From Euprymna scolopes (Eukaryota), in the NCBI GenBank assembly GCA_053919585.1, contig CM132790.1: a stretch of 64,000 nucleotides of DNA; one strand, given 5' to 3'. Of the stretch, positions 47,114 to 61,577 are shown piece by piece. Position numbers and translations under genes: made by a program. The notes below the pieces were generated by a model. It had not been told where the DNA came from. It saw nothing but the letters and a program-made list of their open reading frames with translations, and searched no databases. Numbering within the stretch: position 1 is the first letter of the stretch; each line of letters starts with the position of its first letter.

Positions 47114-49825
47114 ACGATTGCACTATTTTCTAAAAATGTCCATTAATTTTAATACAGTACTTGTAGATAAGAAAGAAACAAATATACGCCAGAAGTATCC
47201 CCAGAATGGCTTTTCTATTCCTTAGAAAAGTAAACACGCACTTTAGCTATAAAGGTCGTTTAATTCAAAGGGCATATTTTAATTCTGTCGTAGGTCAGAA
47301 TTTTTCTCTCAGGGGTCTCGAAGTAAGTATTATTTATCAGTTGATTTGAATAGATGTAGAATTAATAGAGGAAGAAAGAGTCATATGGAGGCGAGAAAGG
47401 GTAACATCTGGATGTAAGAGAAACAAGAAGATGTAGCTATAGTGTCAGATAATAAAGTCAGCTTACAAGGTGCAAACTTAAACATTACATGTTGTACATA
47501 ATCAGCCGAACTCATATTAACTGTAACTCAGTCAAGTCAGATATGTAACATTGCGTAAAAATTCTTCGATCCGCACTAGATCTAATCCAAGTCTTGTGTT
47601 GACATGCTGCATATAGTTGCTTGATGCATATAAGAGGATATAAATTGTGCTGGAGTTATCTTAGTGGAAATAATAGCAGAAAAATGTGTCTTCCGTGATC
47701 TTATTTTGCCGCTGCCATCATAGCATACATATTACATGTGTTTGTAGCTATAAAGATATAACAAAGAAAAAATCTTTAACAACATATATACGCAATGACG
47801 TAAGACTCTGTGATAATTTAGTCTTCTACAGTGCCGTAAACTTAGACAATACCTAAGAGTATTCTCGCTAACTAGAGAGACGGCAGTAAACGAGAGCTTA
47901 AAAAAGGCGTCTGATCATAATATGCTCACCTGCCAAAGAGGAAGATCTTTAGATCTTCTTTGCCACGTTTTATCTTGAATTTCCTATTTTAAATATAAGC
48001 CTATTCCTGTCCGCTATTGGGACAGAGATTCGTGAAAAATAGTGCAAACTAATTCAGTTTCCTCAAGGTAAAACACATCGCCAGGTCACAGTTAGAACTA
48101 CCTGCTCATGACGTCATATATTGATATGTATCCCAACGTTTACTTTGTTATTTGCAATGAAATTTTCTAATGTTTTACTTAATGTAATATTAACTAGGAA
48201 ATACCAATTAAACGTTATATTTAGACATCTGCATGAATCTTGTTACAAATACAGTTGTAGAAAGAATGTGGTTAGCGTTAGTCGATCTTGATCATGCCCA
48301 GCTGAAAAATGTTGCTAATATTAGCTCCTCAGAACTTATGCGATAAAACCTTAGTGCAATTGTCTACTGAGTAAGTAACAAATGAATGATTACCATAAAT
48401 CATTCTCTAAGATCAGTCTATCATTGAGTAGATTCAAATTTATGTGTTTCACAGTCAAAACAGACATCGTATATCTCAAGACCATGTTGTTTATACCGAT
48501 TACATACGGATAATGAAATAAATATTTATAACATATCTCTATCATTATCTCTTCCATTATATAAAAGAACATTTCTCTGGGAGTGTGGTACGTTTCCTAT
48601 GGATTTTGAAACGGCCAGGCCGATTTTTATGAAATGGTGTTCTCAGATAGATTTTTATCAAAATATCTTCGATGATTCGATGAAAGAATTAGCAGGCGAT
48701 TGTTTTTACCAAAGTTAACATCTTATACAGCTTAACACCACAAGTGCACTTTAGCACTTTTATTACCACACAAATTGATACATGCAACAGATAAAATCAA
48801 CAGTAAGTTCTTTGATATGACTGGGGCGCGTTCGAAATGCATGTTTCTGTTTAAAGCACAGTTGAAGTATGATATTTTATTTTTTCATTTTAAACTTGAA
48901 TTAAAGCTATTATATATGAAAATAATTTTATAAAATCAACAATAGGATACGTTATTTTCACGTTACTATGTGGAATACGATGTTTTTTTATAAAAATGGA
49001 AAGGGAACAAAACAAACAACAACAAAAGCTGGTAAGTGTAAAACCGTCCTCTTGCACGAAAATCTTTTTTCCTTTCTTTCCTCAACTTGCAATAAATCCT
49101 CGTGTATTAGATATCATCTTCCACCGTTTGTCCAACAAAAACTCTACTCAACCCTCATGCTTTAGAATTCGTCCCTTTTAACAGTTACCAATTGTGTACG
49201 TATACAAATTAATGTCATACGTTCACAAATGAGCGACCTACAAAATTATGCTTGTCATTTCTTTTCTACGTTTTTTGCTTGCATTTTACAGACTAAGCAA
49301 AAACGAAGGCATTTGTGAGAGTTATGATTTCTATTGCAGTTTTCCCTGACCCTAGTTATGGCATTTGCTCCACCTTACAGTGTTATCTATAATGTTATTT
49401 CATTATATACATGTCTATCATATAATATACTGCATTTTGTTACTAATTTTTAATGCAGTATACCGGGGTTCTACTATAGTTTTATTTGTTCGATATCATT
49501 TTATGCATAAAAAGCAGACGGTTGCTTGCATATTGTTTCTGCCAATCATCCTTTTCAATCACTTTTACAGATTGTTTGTCACACAAGTGGCAGAACGTAT
49601 CACAAAATATCTTGGTACATAATTTTTAACTTCTCAAGCTGTATACTAACCAGAGAGAGATGTTAAAGAGCAAATTATCGCCATAGAGCCATTAACCTTC
49701 AAATTCATTACGCTTGTATCAATATTGATTTTACTAAAACGTTTCATATAATTAAGCTTCAGTTTAGTTGGAAGCTTTTTGATAAAAAGGATAAATAATG
49801 CTTATATACACGTTTGAAAATAACC

Positions 49826-50116
49826 TAGAGGGGCGTGCAATACGTAATTCCCCTGACCCACTTTCAGTTGTCTGATCTAGTTGGAATTTTTCATGCGCAA
49901 TGGTGTATATCTCTACGGGTTATGTGGTAAATTACAGCTCCGAACGAATTGTGGTTTCTGTTTTACAGGTGTTTGAACAGAGTCAGGTGTGAAATGGAGC
50001 CTGTTGAATGTCGAGCAGTGGTCCGGTTTTTGTATTTGAAAGGACGCACACCACAGGAGACTTTTGATGAACTGAAAGAAACTTATGGTGATAATGCACC
50101 ATCATATGACCTCGTA
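49826..50116 (+). mobile_element. Mariner 5' fragment (TIR-like end + transposase N-terminus)
   Basis: ATG at 49994: MEPVECRAVVRFLYLKGRTPQETFDELKETYGDNAPSYDLV, a typical mariner HTH start. Confidence 0.8.
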
Positions 50117-50298
50117 TGTTATTAAGGCTGCTTCAAATCACACTGATAGAGACACATCAAGAGAATCAGCATCCTCAGACAAATAAGGTGATAACGTATC
50201 ATCGACTCTGTTCTATATAGTTATAGCATCAGTTATTTAGAAAACAGAACAGCAGTGTCGAACCAAAATTTCCTTTTCACTTGGTGGTCACATATGTC

Positions 50299-51518
50299 CG
50301 AGGTGCCTTCAATAAGTTTTTTCGTATAAGTAATTTTATTGATAGTACACACATAACACTCTAACTTCCTTCGAAGTTATCTACTCCGGCTGAAATATAC
50401 TTGCTGTACCGTCCCAACAACTTCTAGAAGGCCTCATGGAAGTCCTTATGTGTAAGCGTGGCAATGGTTCTAGTCAAAGCCTCTTTCATCTCCTCAATTG
50501 TCCCATGACTAAAGCCTTTAAGATCTTCCTTGAGCTTAGAGAATAACTAAAAGTCACAGAGAACATTGTCTGGACTAAAGGGATGGTGAGGAACTGCCTT
50601 GATTCCCATATTTGTCATGACAACGTTTTCTGATCTTCTCTGAGAACCTTTGAGACAAACTTCGTGCAAATCTTCCACATCTTCAGTTCCTTGCGAATAA
50701 TTGTGTATACAGTCCTTCCATTGATATCAGATGGTGCACTTATTGTCCCTATAGCTACTCGACGATACTTATCCATGGAATTCTTTATTTGGCCAATCAA
50801 CTAAGATGTTATGGTTTCCTTACTCTTCCCACAACTCTCATCATCCCTCAAAGACTCTCTGCCTTCTTTGAATCTCTTATGCCACTAGAAAAACTGATGC
50901 TCAATTAATGCAATATTGTCCAAAAGCAGTCTGAAGCATTTCATACGTTTCTGTGGCAGTTTCCAAGTTTGAAACGGTCCTGGATATGACCTTAAACTAT
51001 ATCCAGTGGTGAGGCCCCAGCTTGTGGGCTTTGGGAAGTGTGGAGCCACCCTTTAATTACCATTGCTCCCAGGTCTACTCTGACCCGGTGTGGTAGTACC
51101 TGTTAAGGTTCCAACTATGGGTTAAATAGAAACCGACTTGTAAACAACAAATATATTCTATTACAAAAAATTTTCTTCAAAATCTTTGGATTCAGCATTA
51201 AATTACCCGAAAAGGGTTGATATGCCGTAAAACAAAAGCAACCAACCAACCAACCAAGTTTGAAAAGAATTTTATTGTATATCATTCTTCTAAAGTGTCC
51301 TCACGTCCAGATTGCAATTTTGAAATTCACTCGTGACAATAAGTATTTAGTATATTATAATTCCTGCAATTCCTGTTGCTGATTATTTGAATCTAAAATC
51401 ATAAAAATTAATCAGTCCCCTCATAAGATGTATAGAAATAACATACTCAATTTCCAAAGATCTACGCCCATTTTAAATACCTATACAAAAAGTCTGGAAA
51501 CTTATTTAAAGCACCTCA
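50299..51518 (-). mobile_element. Internally deleted mariner element
   Basis: TIRs CGAGGTGCCTTCAATAAGTT / AACTTATTTAAAGCACCTCA-TA; ETATETYEMLQTAF, WHKRFKEGRESLRDD and IIRKELKMWKICTKFVSKVLREDQK. Confidence 0.85.
50975..51253 (+). mobile_element. SINE-like retroposed insertion with (CAAC)n tail and 12-bp TSD
   Basis: CCAAGTTTGAAA at 50963-50974 and 51254-51265 brackets a 279-bp GC-richer insert that interrupts the mariner ORF. Confidence 0.8.
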
Positions 51519-52092
51519 TATAATTCGAGCTATGCAGATTACATATCTGCAACCATTAACTCCAGCTCTGATTTGAAGTCATTCCTAAATAACCTTGCGA
51601 GTTGTGTTGGATCTGTGCTAAATGCATGGGCAGTGACAAAAAAAAAAAAAACTAACTCCGCATATTATCCAAGTCAACAGCCAACAAATCGAACAAGTTA
51701 AACTGAGACACAATCACTTTTCATCTAACGACAGGCAAATAGTTGAAAATGACAGAATTGGTTAAGGATGAGAAGCTTTCACAGGAAAACCCGCCTGAAC
51801 TTTTAAGCACTTACAATACGAGATCAAACGAAAATCTATAACATATATGGCATTTCATTAGTCTTACACAAACTTTAATGTATCATCTAGACTGTAAAAA
51901 TACGTAATAAAATAGACACTTTACAAAACTGGATTATGTTTCCTATTACAAATCATAAAGTATCTGATTACCTCAGTACCGCTTAGTTGAGAAAATTAAC
52001 TGTCATCACATTAATGTCCTCTGTCATCAAATGAAAAGTCTTCAGAGTGTTTGGCCACATTAAATGTTCCAGCGTTGTGCCATTCCAAATAT

Positions 52093-52528
52093 CTACAGAA
52101 GAGACGTTGCGAGCCTGTCTTTGTGTTATCGTTATTTCAATGGCAAGTGCTCGTCTGATCTCCAATCTCTGGCCCCTCTTCGTCAATCTTTCAGGATAAA
52201 CACCCGTCTAGCTGAAACCATTTTCAATAATTTTCCCCACTCTTTAACTGCGCCTAAATCAAAACGTAGATTCCACGAACAAAGCCTCTTTCTTAGAAGG
52301 GCACGCCTGTGGAACACTCTTCCGTTTGCCTGTTTTCCACCCGACTACAACTTGAATGTCTTCAAGTTCAACATAAACATATTCCTGATGAACCGCCCCC
52401 TTAAGTAAGACACTCTATCAGATCTCCAATACTAACGATTACTACGATACTATCCCATTGATTACTATACACACAATAACCCTTATCCCCGAGTGGCTTC
52501 CGGGCCTTGGTAATTGGTGACCACCATG

Positions 52529-52530
<2 letters not shown>
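52093..52530 (+). mobile_element. CR1-group LINE family B, 3' fragment
   Basis: RRDVASLSLCYRYF..PHSL..KSKRRFHEQS..ARLWN; 3' UTR CCCTTATCCCCGAGTGG shared with the other B copies. Confidence 0.9.
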
Positions 52531-52581
<51 letters not shown>

Positions 52582-53181
52582 GTGCATGTACAGTTCTCAC
52601 TCTTTAATTACTGAGCCGATTTGTATAATGTTTCAGATGATGGTTTGATTATTATTGTTTGTATGATTTGGATTGCTCGGTTATTTGAATATTTTTTGTA
52701 TTATTTGAAGTGTTCAGATATTTCGATGAGAACAACAGTCCGAACAATGTAAACAATAGATAAAATACGGAACATATTATTATGAATTTTGAAACACAAC
52801 TATTAAATGCACAGGTGTGTAATGTGAGATTCATACAGTGAAATCTAGTTGTCTACAAAGTAAGAGGAAGTAATATGTGGAAATTTAAGTACCATCGTAA
52901 TTTGTGTACATTTTACCGTCCATTAATAAGTTACTTTTCAGTAACAGAGGGTACATAATAAGGCAACGACCTCCTATTTAAACAATTAATATTTCACAGT
53001 TGTATTATATTTGAATCATGTCTATTAAACGCCAATTAAATAAAATTCACTGACTTTTACGTATTTCTTAAAAGCCATACTTTTAAACATAACGCATAAC
53101 AGATGCAACAGTGGTCTTTTATTAAAATTCATTTTATCCGCCATTAAAAGTTTAAATAAAAGACGAATGTTTATTATCTGC

Positions 53182-53263
<82 letters not shown>

Positions 53264-53353
53264 TTAAATAAGGGAGTAGTCACTATTATTTAAATATACA
53301 TCTTTCTTTCGTTGGAATTTATTAACCCATTTTAAATATATATATATATATAT

Positions 53354-53411
<58 letters not shown>

Positions 53412-53502
53412 TTAGTTTATAAATACTAATTCTTTAATATTTCTAATATACTTTAGTTTTACCATCTTGGATCATTTTGGTAAATGTAATTGTAATTTTT
53501 AT

Positions 53503-53533
<31 letters not shown>

Positions 53534-53565
53534 TTTATTTTTTGTCATGGCTCTTGTGGGGAATT

Positions 53566-53619
<54 letters not shown>

Positions 53620-53621
<2 letters not shown>

Positions 53622-54529
53622 TAGCAAGAAACCTGTCGCCGTTGCCCTGTTGTAAGAACCTTAAAAATATCATATTTTTATTTATGTAGATTTTATATTT
53701 ATTATTCCAGAGAAATTCTGTCATAATTATATTTAACCCAATATTAAGTAGCGAATTCAGAAATTAAAAAAAGTAAGACCTGTGTTCCATCAGCTAGAAT
53801 CGAAATCAAAGCATCTTACTTTCCGGGGTTATTCACTACCCAAAGAAAGATTGATATCAACACGTCAAAACTTAACGCAGTTGCACGTGCAAATATATAT
53901 TCGCACATGGATAAAACTCCCAAGATCGAATTTTAAAATTTGACCGCTTTACCAGATATTTTTCGATCTAAAAGCCAAATCGAACTTGTTTCAAACTGCG
54001 AATGCACTACATATCAAGTTTTGATTTGAAGACCAGCCATTAAGAGAGTTTGGTAGAGAACGTTCATTATACAAACACGCAGAGAACAAGTCGTTTATCT
54101 AGAAAGAGTTCAAATTTTCTATTGATTATTATATTGAACACAGTATAGATTAGTGGCCATGCGGCATGTCCAAGTAAAAGAAATGTTTAAATATAAGTTT
54201 AATTCCTACGTATTGCATATTCATTACTGTACAGACAATACGTTATTAATTATTATATTGTACCTAATAGTGATTTTCAAAGTAAAAAATTAAAGTCGAA
54301 ATTAAAGAGGAACGGTTATTATCTGCGCAAGCTTTAATTTATTTAGCATTGAAACCAGTACATTTAGCGCTCCAGCAATATTTGTTAACATCTGAGCTAA
54401 CGATTTATAGATATCGAAACTTCAAAAATTAAAACTTTAACGTATAAATGTTCGTCTAAAAAGTAAATCGAAATTGTTTCACAAGTCCCACTCATACATA
54501 CATTTACATCTGCAAACCCAAAATTGGCA

Positions 54530-54588
<59 letters not shown>

Positions 54589-54590
54589 GA
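53620..54590 (-). mobile_element. Possible non-autonomous Helitron-like pieces (two diverged tandem units)
   Basis: The minus strand ends CAGGGCAACGGCGACAGGTTTCTTGCTAG, a Helitron-type 3' end. 53920-53997 resembles 54410-54486 (TTCGATCTAAAAGCCAAATCGAACTTGTTTCA vs TTCGTCTAAAAAGTAAATCGAAATTGTTTCA). Confidence 0.4.
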
Positions 54591-54996
54591 TATATATTGT
54601 TAGAGGGCAGAGTGTTTCTGCTTAATAATCTATTTTTGTAATTTTTCTATTATTCGAATAGTCATTCTTATGTCTCCGCCGAATTTGTGAAGGAATGTTC
54701 CGTAGTCATTTTCGTCCATCTTTTTTATTTTTTGCAACATTTTCAACTGATTTTGTTCAGTTTTCTTCTGGCAGTTTTTGATTACTGTTTCGTCGAAATT
54801 CGGGACGTTTTTATATGTTTCAGTTCAAATTACGTATAAATTACTTTAAATAGTGCTTCGTGTGTAAAAAATGCGTTAGATCAAAATGTGGCTAAAATAA
54901 ATCTGCAATTGTTTGAAAGTGTAATTTACATAACGGTATGAGATTTACATTCTTAATTGTATTGATTTATACATTTAAATTAACACACACACACAC

Positions 54997-55038
<42 letters not shown>

Positions 55039-57276
55039 CTATAAATTTGGTTTTTGTGAATTGATATTCATTTTAAAACTCCTATTTTTATTTATTTAAA
55101 AAGAAAATACAATATTCTTATATATGTTTCGTGAAATTGCATCACTAGCAAAGATCTACCTAATTTTTATATTCTTTTAAACATTCATTTTAATTTATTC
55201 TCTATTCGTTTTTTTCGGGTTTCTTAGGGGATGATCATCTTTAGTAAACGTGTAATTATATTCATGCAGATATTCTAAACAATTTATACCTGCATATTAT
55301 TTGCGTAAAACGTTTATAGTAAACACAAATCTCTTTCCATGCGTATTCATGCATACGTATATATGTTTGTTTAAAAACATTTGCGTACCAAACTCCTCCT
55401 AGAGTTTTTGTCCACATATATACGGTATTTGTACCCATCCGAAATTTTATATTTGGGTGTTAGCCCGAGAAAATTGGTACAAAATGTGAAAAAAAATGAA
55501 ATTTTCTAGGTGAAGGACGAACGCTGGAATTCCGTAATAGCTATTGGTTTTTGTTTTAATTTTTAGCCTTGCAACAAACATGTTATCATAGCTCAGGGAT
55601 TAACGGTAGAGGAAAAAATTAAATCGTAAGCTAAACGTTTTGGTTTCGATTCCCGGTTGTGGCGCACGAGTGATTTTTATTTAAATTTGTTTAAATCATT
55701 ACTATATATTGGGTCCAATATAATCTATAATATAAATCTCACATATCTGTTTAAATGTATATATGTAAGCATGTATGTATCGCAAACACTTTCGACTCGG
55801 GCGGCGGATTTTCACGGGATTGATAATGGTTTGAAGCTCGACCCTTCGAACGACAACTATCGAAAAATTGGTCAAAAACATCCTTCAACTTCAACTGGGC
55901 AGTTTTCTACAGGGAGAGGTCGCTTTTTTCGCCGATGTTTTCCAAAGTATTCCCCACTTTTCGATTGTCTAGCTTTAAGTTCAACCTACGTACCTTCCGG
56001 TTTGATGATGGGCGCAACAGAAAAGACACGTTTTTTTCGCGTTCTTTTCATCTTTCACTGTGATGTAGTATGATCTGATTTTCCTTAGAATGCCATCGTG
56101 CCATACCGTGTCATAAGCCTCCGATATATCTAGGGCTACCGCGCTACCATCTCCTGTTTTGTCCAGTGTATGGTATATACGTTCAGAGATTACAGTTGGT
56201 TGGCAACAAGTTTATCAGCTGTAAGGTAATGGACTAGAGCTTGGTTAATTATGGCAAGCAGCCAGGAAAGCAAGATTCGTTAAGCCATTTGGCGCAAAGT
56301 TTGGAGAGGATTGGAGCAACCTCATGTGAGCATTTTTTTATAGCACAGCCGGGATGAGATCGAGTTCGCATACTTTTGATGTGTCTAGGTATTTTAGTAT
56401 ATCATGCACCTGAGAAAGGGGTAATTTTCAGATCATCATATTGGATGGTTACGTACCCAGGCAATTGGAAAGTTAAATTCTAGATGATGCTGGATTATTT
56501 CAAAGACACGCTGGTACAAACATGCAAAAAATCTCTTAAAACAAGGAAGACGTGAAAAGTCAAAATGAGGCTAAAGAAGATTTTGCTCTCAGAATAATCA
56601 TTGAGTTTACTCCGAAAAAAAAATAGATAAACAAATAAATAAAAAATAAAAGCATTACCCCCAACATACACACAACCTCCACCATATGTAACTAGGTCTG
56701 CTAGCTTTCCTTCTTTTTCGATATGACCTGAAGAAGGATAGGTCGCAGTTTCCAGACCCTACGCTAAGGTTAAAAAATGTTTCTATTTATAACTTTTGAA
56801 ATCTATGTTTGTATTGCATTTTTTTTCCTTTTCTTATTGCAACGTTGACTTAAAACTCGGAACTTAACTTTACCATCTTGTCTTGCTTTTTCTTTTTTGT
56901 TCTGAAATCTTTCTTGTCAAATATGCTATTAACCAATAGTACCTTCTCACATCTAAAATGAAAAAAAAAGTCATCCATGTAAACGAGAAACTTCCAAATT
57001 AAAACCTTGAACTATTATCTAAACTCAAAAAAATGTAAATTAATACTAAATAAAGCCGAGTTCACAAATTGATAAAAGTTCATTATTGGATTTTAATTAT
57101 AAGGTGAAGCTCGAAGATTCAAACTCGAGATAGATAATGCCAAAACATCCCCACATTAATATGGGAGGGGAGAGTATCTTCAAACAGCGTCGTAAATTGA
57201 TAATTGAGCACCGGACTTACACACGGACTTACACGAAGTAGATATTAATAAGTCCCTCGTACTTATTCCATTTTTT

Positions 57277-60200
57277 TAATGGAGAGTAGATAATGCAGTG
57301 GATGTGTTATCGGCAGCTCGAGTAACTCTCGCTTCTCCTTTTTTGTCCCTCAGTCCTCATTTTATGTGTGATTTTTCTGGCAAAGGTGAAGAAAAAGCTG
57401 CTTTACAGGTCGGTAGTACTTCGTGAACAGTAGTCTGAGATGTCGGAAATTTTTCTGTCTCTATGTCTATCCTTGTGGCCATGTCACTAGTAAGGGTGCT
57501 GGACGTAAACGTTTTGTCTGGGCTGACGTTTTCCGCCTGATAGTCAGGGACCCGAACCTTGGATTAGCCACTAAGGAGGATGTCTTATCAGTGGGTGCAA
57601 AGTACTGGGGCTGCTGTATTGCCATTTGGTGAATGGCTTCTGGACCATGCAGTAGTCTGTGGTGGGGCCTCTCTCCATACTAGTGGGTAATTGTTACGGC
57701 TTTACCTTATCATGTGCTACAAAAAATCCTCTCTTTTTCTCTTTTACTTTCCCTCTCTATGTTGCTCTAACCAAGTATGCCGACCTATTCCACAAATCCA
57801 AAAACCTCAACATGAAATATCTCCAGAACAAAAAATTGAATAAACCTAGAACCCCATCTTCCAACGTAGACCCTTTCTACCATGTCTCCTACTCCAACAT
57901 TAGGGATCTACGTTTCAACCTTCCAGAGGTTGAAACACAATTACAGGAGACGAAACCGGACATATTCTTTCTAAGCGAAACTTGAACAGGGCCGACCACT
58001 TCCCTAGATGAGTTCATAATGAACGGATATCCCAACTAAATTTGACCCCCAAGATCGCCATGGCTTCCCGTGTGGAAGGGATATCTCTAGAGAAGACTCT
58101 AATTTACCTCATACGTGTTCCGGGTGTCACTTGCGTACACCACTGCGTTTATATTTACCCTCTATCGCCCTCAAAACAGCGAAGTTACTATCTTTAAGAG
58201 TATATCTGAGAAAATAGACCACATCCTGTCTGCACATCCCTCGGCTAATATTGACATCTGAGGTGACTTCAATGTCCATAACGTGAAAAAGCTGACCCAC
58301 TCAAATAAGACAGATGATCAGAGGAGGTTATGTCATGATTTTGCCACTGCCTATGACCTCACTCAGATTGTTCGCGAGCCCACCCGTGTGGCCGATACTA
58401 CGGGTCAGTATGCAAGCCTTCTAGACCTTTTTCTCTCAATTTCCCCTGAGCTATGTTCATGTTCCGTTCTATCTTCTCTATGGTCCTCCGACCACTCTGT
58501 TTTGTCAGTTAAGATATAAAGGAAATGTAATAAGTCCTCAGACGTACCCCTCCACCGTACTGTATACCGATACTCCATGGCTGACTGGGATAGCTTCCGT
58601 ACATTCATATTTGATCTACCTCTGAAATCCATATTAAAAAGGATGTGTCCTCTATAGTATCAGACCAGACCGAATGGTTAATTGTAGGCATAGGCCGATT
58701 CATACTATCTAAAAAAATTCCAGCAACCACAGTAAAAGAGTAAAAAAAAAAAATGCAAGAGAGCTATATGCTCAGTCTGTTAAATCCAAAGAAGCTGATC
58801 AGCGGTTTGGTTCCCACGAGTTTTGTCAAATAACAAATAGGATCCTGAACAGACGTGTGCGTTCTATCCCAACCATTATCAATGGACCAGAAGTCATCTC
58901 GTCAGCATCAGATAAGGTCAAACTATTTGCCAACAACCTTGCAGCTATTTCCACCCTATGCGACGAAGGCCATCAACTCCCCGTATTTCCTCCTATAACA
59001 CACACCATGCTAGGTAACATAACTGTGCGTGATGTCGCCAAGCTAATCAAGAACCTTGATTCCAGTAAAACAACTGGCCCTGACGGCATCCCAATTATAG
59101 TGTTAAAAAAAGCTTCAACCAGAACTTGCTCCCATACTTACAAAACTGTTTAAGCGTTGTCTTAAGGTGAGGTGCTTTCCAACACCTTGGAAAATCTCAT
59201 CAGTACGCCCTGTATTTAGAATTCAGGTGATAAGTCATCTCCCTCTTAGTATAGACTAATAAGTCTCCTGTGTGTCATGAGTAAGTTGCTGGAATCCATA
59301 TTAAATAGAGAAATAGTCAACCACCTCAGCAGAAATAACCTTCTTAGTGACACGCAATATCGTTTCAATTCGCAAGATCTACCGCAGATGTGCTAACGGT
59401 TATATCTCATAGGATTAGCGAATCTCCTGACAAAGGCTTCATTTCTAAGGCAATTGCTCTTGACATATTAAAGGCCTTCGACAAGGTGTGGCATAAGGGT
59501 CTACTTCACAAGATTTCCAGCTACGGTATAATTGGAAATGTTTTCTCAATAATTAAATCATTTCTCTCTGATAGGCTCATAAGAGTAGTGTTTAATGGAC
59601 AAAAATCAGAGGCCTGCAGTATTAATGCTGGAGTCTTCAGGGGTTCATCCTGGGCCTAACTCTCTTCCTGATCTACATCAATGAACTCCCAAAACCCATA
59701 AATCATTCGTTGACATTTATGCTGATGACACGACCATCTACGGCAACACATCTAAGGCTGTAAATGACAAAGTTCCCACTGATTCTCTCTCCTCTGATCT
59801 CGTGCGCGTGGTACAGTGGGGGAAGAGGTGGCTAGTTACCTTTAATGCATCTAAAACTAAGCTCCTATCTTTACATCATCAACGCTCTGATCCCCATCTG
59901 GCATCAATTGAAATGGATGGCTCTCGTCTAGGGGAGGCTCCATGTTTTGACACACTTCTGGGCTTCACCTTTAGCCCTGATCAGAAATGGAGCACGTACA
60001 TCAAGTCTGTAGCGAAGGTCGCTGGGAAAATGGGGGGATCCTTCTACCGCTCCAGAGGATATCTCACTTCTGATGCAATTCTCTATCTATATAAAAGCCA
60101 AGTACGTCCAAGGATGGAATACTGCTGCCACATCTGGACAGGAGCTGATAAATAATCCTAATCTGCCTTGACAGAGTACGAAATAGACTTTGTGGCTTAG

Positions 60201-60682
60201 TGGGAAATGGCCTTTTCTCTTCCCTGCAACCTCTCTCCCACAGAAGAGGCGTTTCGAGCCTATCTTTTTTATCGTTATTACCATGGCAGGTGCTCGTCTG
60301 AGCTCCAATCTCTGGTTACCCCTCGCCAATATTTCACGATAAACACCTGTCTAACTGAAACCACTGTCAAAAAATTTCCCCACTCTTTATCTGTGCCTAA
60401 ATCAAAACGTAGATTTCATGAATAAAGCCTCTTTCTCAGAAGTGCACGCCTGTGGAACTCGTTACCGCTTGCATGTTTCCCTCCTGACTTCAACATGGAT
60501 GTCTTCAAGTCTAACATAAACAAATTTCTTTATGAACCGCCCCCTTAGGAATGACCTTTTATCAAATCTCCAATACTAATGAATAATGCAACACTATCCC
60601 GTTGATTACTGTACACAAAATAACCCTTATCCCCGAGTGGATTTTGGGCCTTGATAAGTGGTGATCTTCATGTAAAAAAAAA
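57277..60682 (+). mobile_element. CR1-group LINE family B, near full length, disrupted
   Basis: 5' leader, then MKYLQ..SYSNIRDLR (APE), GDFNVHN, SDH, ALDILKAFDKVWH, YADD, VRPRMEYCCHIW, 3' UTR and poly-A at 60674-60682. Confidence 0.95.
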
Positions 60683-61522
60683 GAAGATATGAGCTGAGAA
60701 TGGCCAGCATTCAGACACAGTAAAAATACGTTACGTGTAGTGACATTTGGTATATTGTACCGGTAATGGTACAGCCGCATGATAACTTGCGACGTGCTTT
60801 TGTTAATGGTCTAGCTCTTTAAATCGAAGGAGGATGATTCATACTGTTTTTATTCAAAGAAAAACATCAAACTATGCAATATGTTCTTAGGTCCTGCAGA
60901 GTGATTCTTGTTTATGACCGATATACATTGCATAAAAACAGGGTACTAGAGGAATTGACTATAACAATCAGCATTCAAACGAAGCCAGGCTCAGCTTACG
61001 TAAGCAACAATTTTTCGACTATGAGGGGAAATTATTAGTACCGGAACAAAATATTCTTAGATGGGATGGTGATTGGATAGTCTCAGCAAATTTCTTTGGC
61101 TGTTCCAATTACCGCAACTTTATAAATGAAAAAGAGGCAACGGCCAAATATTGTTCCATCGTTAAGGACAAGCACAGATTGATTGATTGATAGATACATA
61201 TAGTACATTATGATAACAAGATATAAAAAACATCAATACAATAAAGTAAAATACAAATATTTTAAAATACATTTTAGGCGCGTAGATCATAATGTAATCC
61301 TTAGAGCTATTGCAATCGATGCATCAGGTTTCTGTGCAGGCTCTCTATATAAACTGATGGACTAACTTCAAATTAAAAGCCGAAAAAATCACAGAAATGA
61401 AATGTCTTAGAGAGATAAGCGAACGACGTGCGATGTAGATCTGACCGAAAAGGGATATCGAATGGTGATTTGATAGCGAATGTCAACAATGTAGTTATCT
61501 CTGTGGAAACATGTATTTATTT

Positions 61523-61577
<55 letters not shown>

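Noticed and set aside
47313-47322. 10-nt plus-strand micro-exon (TTTTTCTCTCAG / GTAAGT)
   Set aside because: Not a multiple of three, unsupported by other evidence, and likely by chance in 64 kb.
55585-55668. tRNA gene
   Set aside because: Box A-like (TAGCTCAGG) and box B-like (GGTTTCGATTCCC) motifs are present but there is no convincing cloverleaf; at most a decayed tRNA-SINE head.
57423-57632. Conserved 69-70 aa peptide as a LINE ORF1 or uORF
   Set aside because: N-termini are in different frames or use different starts, and most substitutions between copies are non-synonymous; treated as RNA/DNA-level conservation.
57600-57650. HDV-like ribozyme in the LINE leader
   Set aside because: I could not assemble the nested double pseudoknot, and the candidate catalytic position is T rather than C.
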